64,000 nt of DNA from assembly GCA_963693365.1 (NCBI GenBank), contig CAVNZM010000005.1, positions 8,970,334 through 9,034,333 of the forward strand, written 5' to 3'. Below are positions 61,653 to 64,000 of this stretch, piece after piece. The notes under the pieces are model-generated. The model made no database searches, was not told the origin of the DNA, and saw only the letters and a program-made list of their open reading frames with translations. Made by a program: the position numbers and the translations under genes. Positions within the stretch are counted from its first letter, which is position 1. Each line of letters starts with the position of its first letter. This DNA is from Amoebidium appalachense (taxonomy: Eukaryota > Protista > Ichthyosporea).

Positions 61653-62268
61653 GATCATCATATCTCCTAGATCTTATAATAAAAAATTAAAAAATATAAA
61701 AATAATAATAATATAATAATAATAAAAAAAGGCTTAAAAATGGTGGAGGTGGCTTATAATTGGTATTCTTGCAAGTGCTCAGAGAACGATAGTTTTCCAT
61801 TTGTGTTGGACGGTGACTGTGTGACAGAAACTGTGAACGTACAATGTCTGAAATTCGTGTGTTGCTTGCTATTTTTTTTCTTTTTCTTTTGACTTGCTAT
61901 TCGGGATGTTACCCCGAATAATCCCGAATAGCAAGCACACATGAATTTCAGATAAATCCAGTCAAAAGAAAAAAAAAAAAAAAAAAAAAAAAAAGAATTT
62001 CAGACATTGTACGTTCACAGTTTCTGTCACACAGTCACCGTCCAACACAAATGGAAAACTATCGTTCTCTGAGCACTTGCAAGAATACCAGTTATAATCC
62101 ACCTCCACCATTTTAAAGCCTTTTTTTTAATTTTTTTTTATTTTAATTTTAAGGTCTAGAAGATATGATGATCAAAAAAAAAAAAAAAAGAAAAAAAAAG
62201 AAAAGAAAAAAAGAGAGAAAAAAAAAAAAGTGGCCCAAGTGACTACGTACGTGCACATACGACCCACT
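61564..62268. repeat. Long inverted repeat/foldback (arms ~61564-61855 and ~61996-62268) with nested inner hairpins
   Basis: 61741-61855 is the reverse complement of 61996-62110 with two mismatches. The outer blocks GGGTCGTATATGCACGTACGTAGTCATTTGGGCC and GGCCCAAGTGACTACGTACGTGCACATACGACCC also pair. Confidence 0.95.
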
Positions 62269-62521
62269 TTGCATGCAAGCAGTGGACTGAAAACCACAAA
62301 GGAACACACGTGGATTGTGGGAGCCCACATTCATTGATTTGCTCTACACGGTGCAGTAGCACAATCCGTATAGTTTGTGTGGTTGCTGCAATGTCGAAGC
62401 CCTAGTTAGTACCACACATAATATAAAAACACTCCACAATACCTAAACACACACGGCAAGTGTGATGCAGACAAAGTGGGGAAATAACACATGACGGGGG
62501 AACACACACCCCCCCCCCCTT

Positions 62522-62553
<32 letters not shown>

Positions 62554-62989
62554 AAAAAAAAAACCACCCCAACACCCACCATAAACCCCCACCCACGTGC
62601 AGCTGTGCAACACCGAAGCCACACATGCCCAGCCAGTCCACCAAGGAGAGTTAAATCACACCTATTGTTCCCACAGCTAATGGCCCTACTCTTTGTTCGA
62701 GAAAAGGGTGGAGAAAACTAAATCGTATTAATACCTACTAATAAGATTCATCAAAGTCACGGCGATAAAGACACGACTTCAGATAGACATCGTTAACCCT
62801 AAGAAGACGTGCAACCCCCCCCCCCCCCCCCCCCCCCCCTCTCCCCCCCCCCCTCCGGGAGACGCCACCTGAAAAAAACAGCACAAAACCAAAAAAAAAC
62901 AAAACGAGAAAACGAGAAAAAAAAAACAAAAGAAAAAAAAAACAAAAACAAAACAAAACAAAAAAACATAATTTTCATCACACTCTTTC

Positions 62990-63143
62990 TTATTCCTTAT
63001 TCTTGATCAGCCGGTAGTTCTCCAGGTCTGCCGGGCGCAGCTTAGCCCTCTGCATCTTAACCCATTTGCGGTAGTCTGCCAGGGTGGCAATCTTTTCGCC
63101 GTAAAAGTCCTCCCCCATCTTCTGCAGGTCAAGCACCCGGTGC
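62990..63143 (-). CDS. Terminal coding exon of an unidentified gene whose upstream exons lie to the right
   Basis: CAACAG| acceptor, then a GC3-rich frame HRVLDLQKMGEDFYGEKIATLADYRKWVKMQRAKLRPADLENYRLIKNKE ending in TAA. Its composition contrasts with both flanks. I do not recognise the family. Confidence 0.7.
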
Positions 63144-63425
63144 CTGTTGATGCGTTTTTGATAGTCCGTTGTGCGCTGTTGGGGTTGTGTCGTGTTAATC
63201 TGTGTTGTTTGTTTGTTTGTTTGTTTCTTTCTTTTCTTATTATTATTATTATTATTATTATTATTTTATTTTATTTTGGGGGGGGGGGGGGGGGGGGGGG
63301 ATGTGTTGTCGAGTGCGAAGGGCACATTCACAACAGAGAACACAATGCAGAGTGCACATCAAGCATCAGAGTATACTAATCAGCAAAGCATATGGGGCGG
63401 AGGGGTTAGGGTGGGGCAGGGAAAG

Positions 63426-63471
<46 letters not shown>

Positions 63472-63698
63472 ATGGATTAACAGATCCTACCGAAATTGTC
63501 TGAATAGAAGTCCATGGCAGAATATGAGGGGGGGGGGGGGGCTTCTACGTGTAGTATACAGTGAGTGCAAACTCTTCAGAGCAAAGCAGTGCCAGCCCAA
63601 GAAATGAAAAGGGAGAGCCTATAGAGTCCACCCAGAACTCTGGCTGTATACGTAAGCTTTCACGCCAGGACTTACAGAGACATGAACACGGTTTGCAC

Positions 63699-63733
<35 letters not shown>

Positions 63734-63886
63734 TGTGATCACGTGCCCACGGGTATGTGTGCGTGTGTAGTGCTTCATTGTGGGGCCGGTGGTGTGAACG
63801 TGGTTGTGTCTGTATGTTCTTGCGCACGTGTGTTTGCATACGCGTGCTCTGGGGATGGCGGGTGGGCGCCGGGGGGAGGGGGGGGG

Positions 63887-64000
63887 TTGTGCGGAACACG
63901 GTACGAGGTACACATACACGATGAGAAGCATGGTGCAGGACACATGCAAAGTATGCAACATCAGCAATGCGCACAGTATGCATCATAAGCAGAGCCCATT
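63887..64000 (+). repeat. Copy of the dispersed repeat family at the window edge
   Basis: Near-identical to 37929-38032 and ends in CATCATAAGCAGAGCCCAT, which links that pair to the 27250 and 30511 copies. Confidence 0.85.

Noticed and set aside
63548-63690. Minus-strand peptide SWRESLRIQPEFWVDSIGSPFSFLGLALL resembling the PD.F.D..G..F segment of ALG11 mannosyltransferase
   Set aside because: The match is short, the frame stops where HYP is expected, I found no convincing splice sites, and the downstream exon at 62990-63143 does not look like ALG11.

Overview
Eukaryotic, intron-rich DNA saturated with (CA)n/(TG)n, (GA)n and poly-G/poly-C tracts. Almost every ORF in the supplied track is a microsatellite artefact; the real genes are spliced and all lie on the minus strand. 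I assembled them by hand from splice sites, intron phase and domain consensus. (1) 704-49308 is a giant gene of about 53 exons and about 3,580 aa. It encodes a signal peptide, a head region that I read as three H-type-lectin-like repeats (the first split by a Ser/Thr/Pro-rich insert with two polybasic furin-type sites and an RGD), and about 70 uninterrupted EGF/calcium-binding EGF domains on symmetric phase-1 exons. It ends in a half-EGF with no membrane anchor. (2) 51458-59676 is a 10-exon, about 510-aa S1A serine protease zymogen (IVGG, intact H/D/S triad) with three TSP1 repeats and a hydrophobic C-terminal tail. (3) 62990-63143 is the last coding exon of an unidentified gene entering from the right. 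Non-coding highlights are a ~700-bp nested foldback at 61564-62268, a dispersed ~105-bp G-tract-associated repeat family, complementary CA/UG tracts flanking cassette exons, and duplicated decoy splice acceptors that would give truncated isoforms. The organism cannot be identified from the sequence; a unicellular holozoan (ichthyosporean/choanoflagellate-like) is my best guess, as inference only. Exon boundaries have no transcript support, and homopolymer lengths may be sequencing artefacts.
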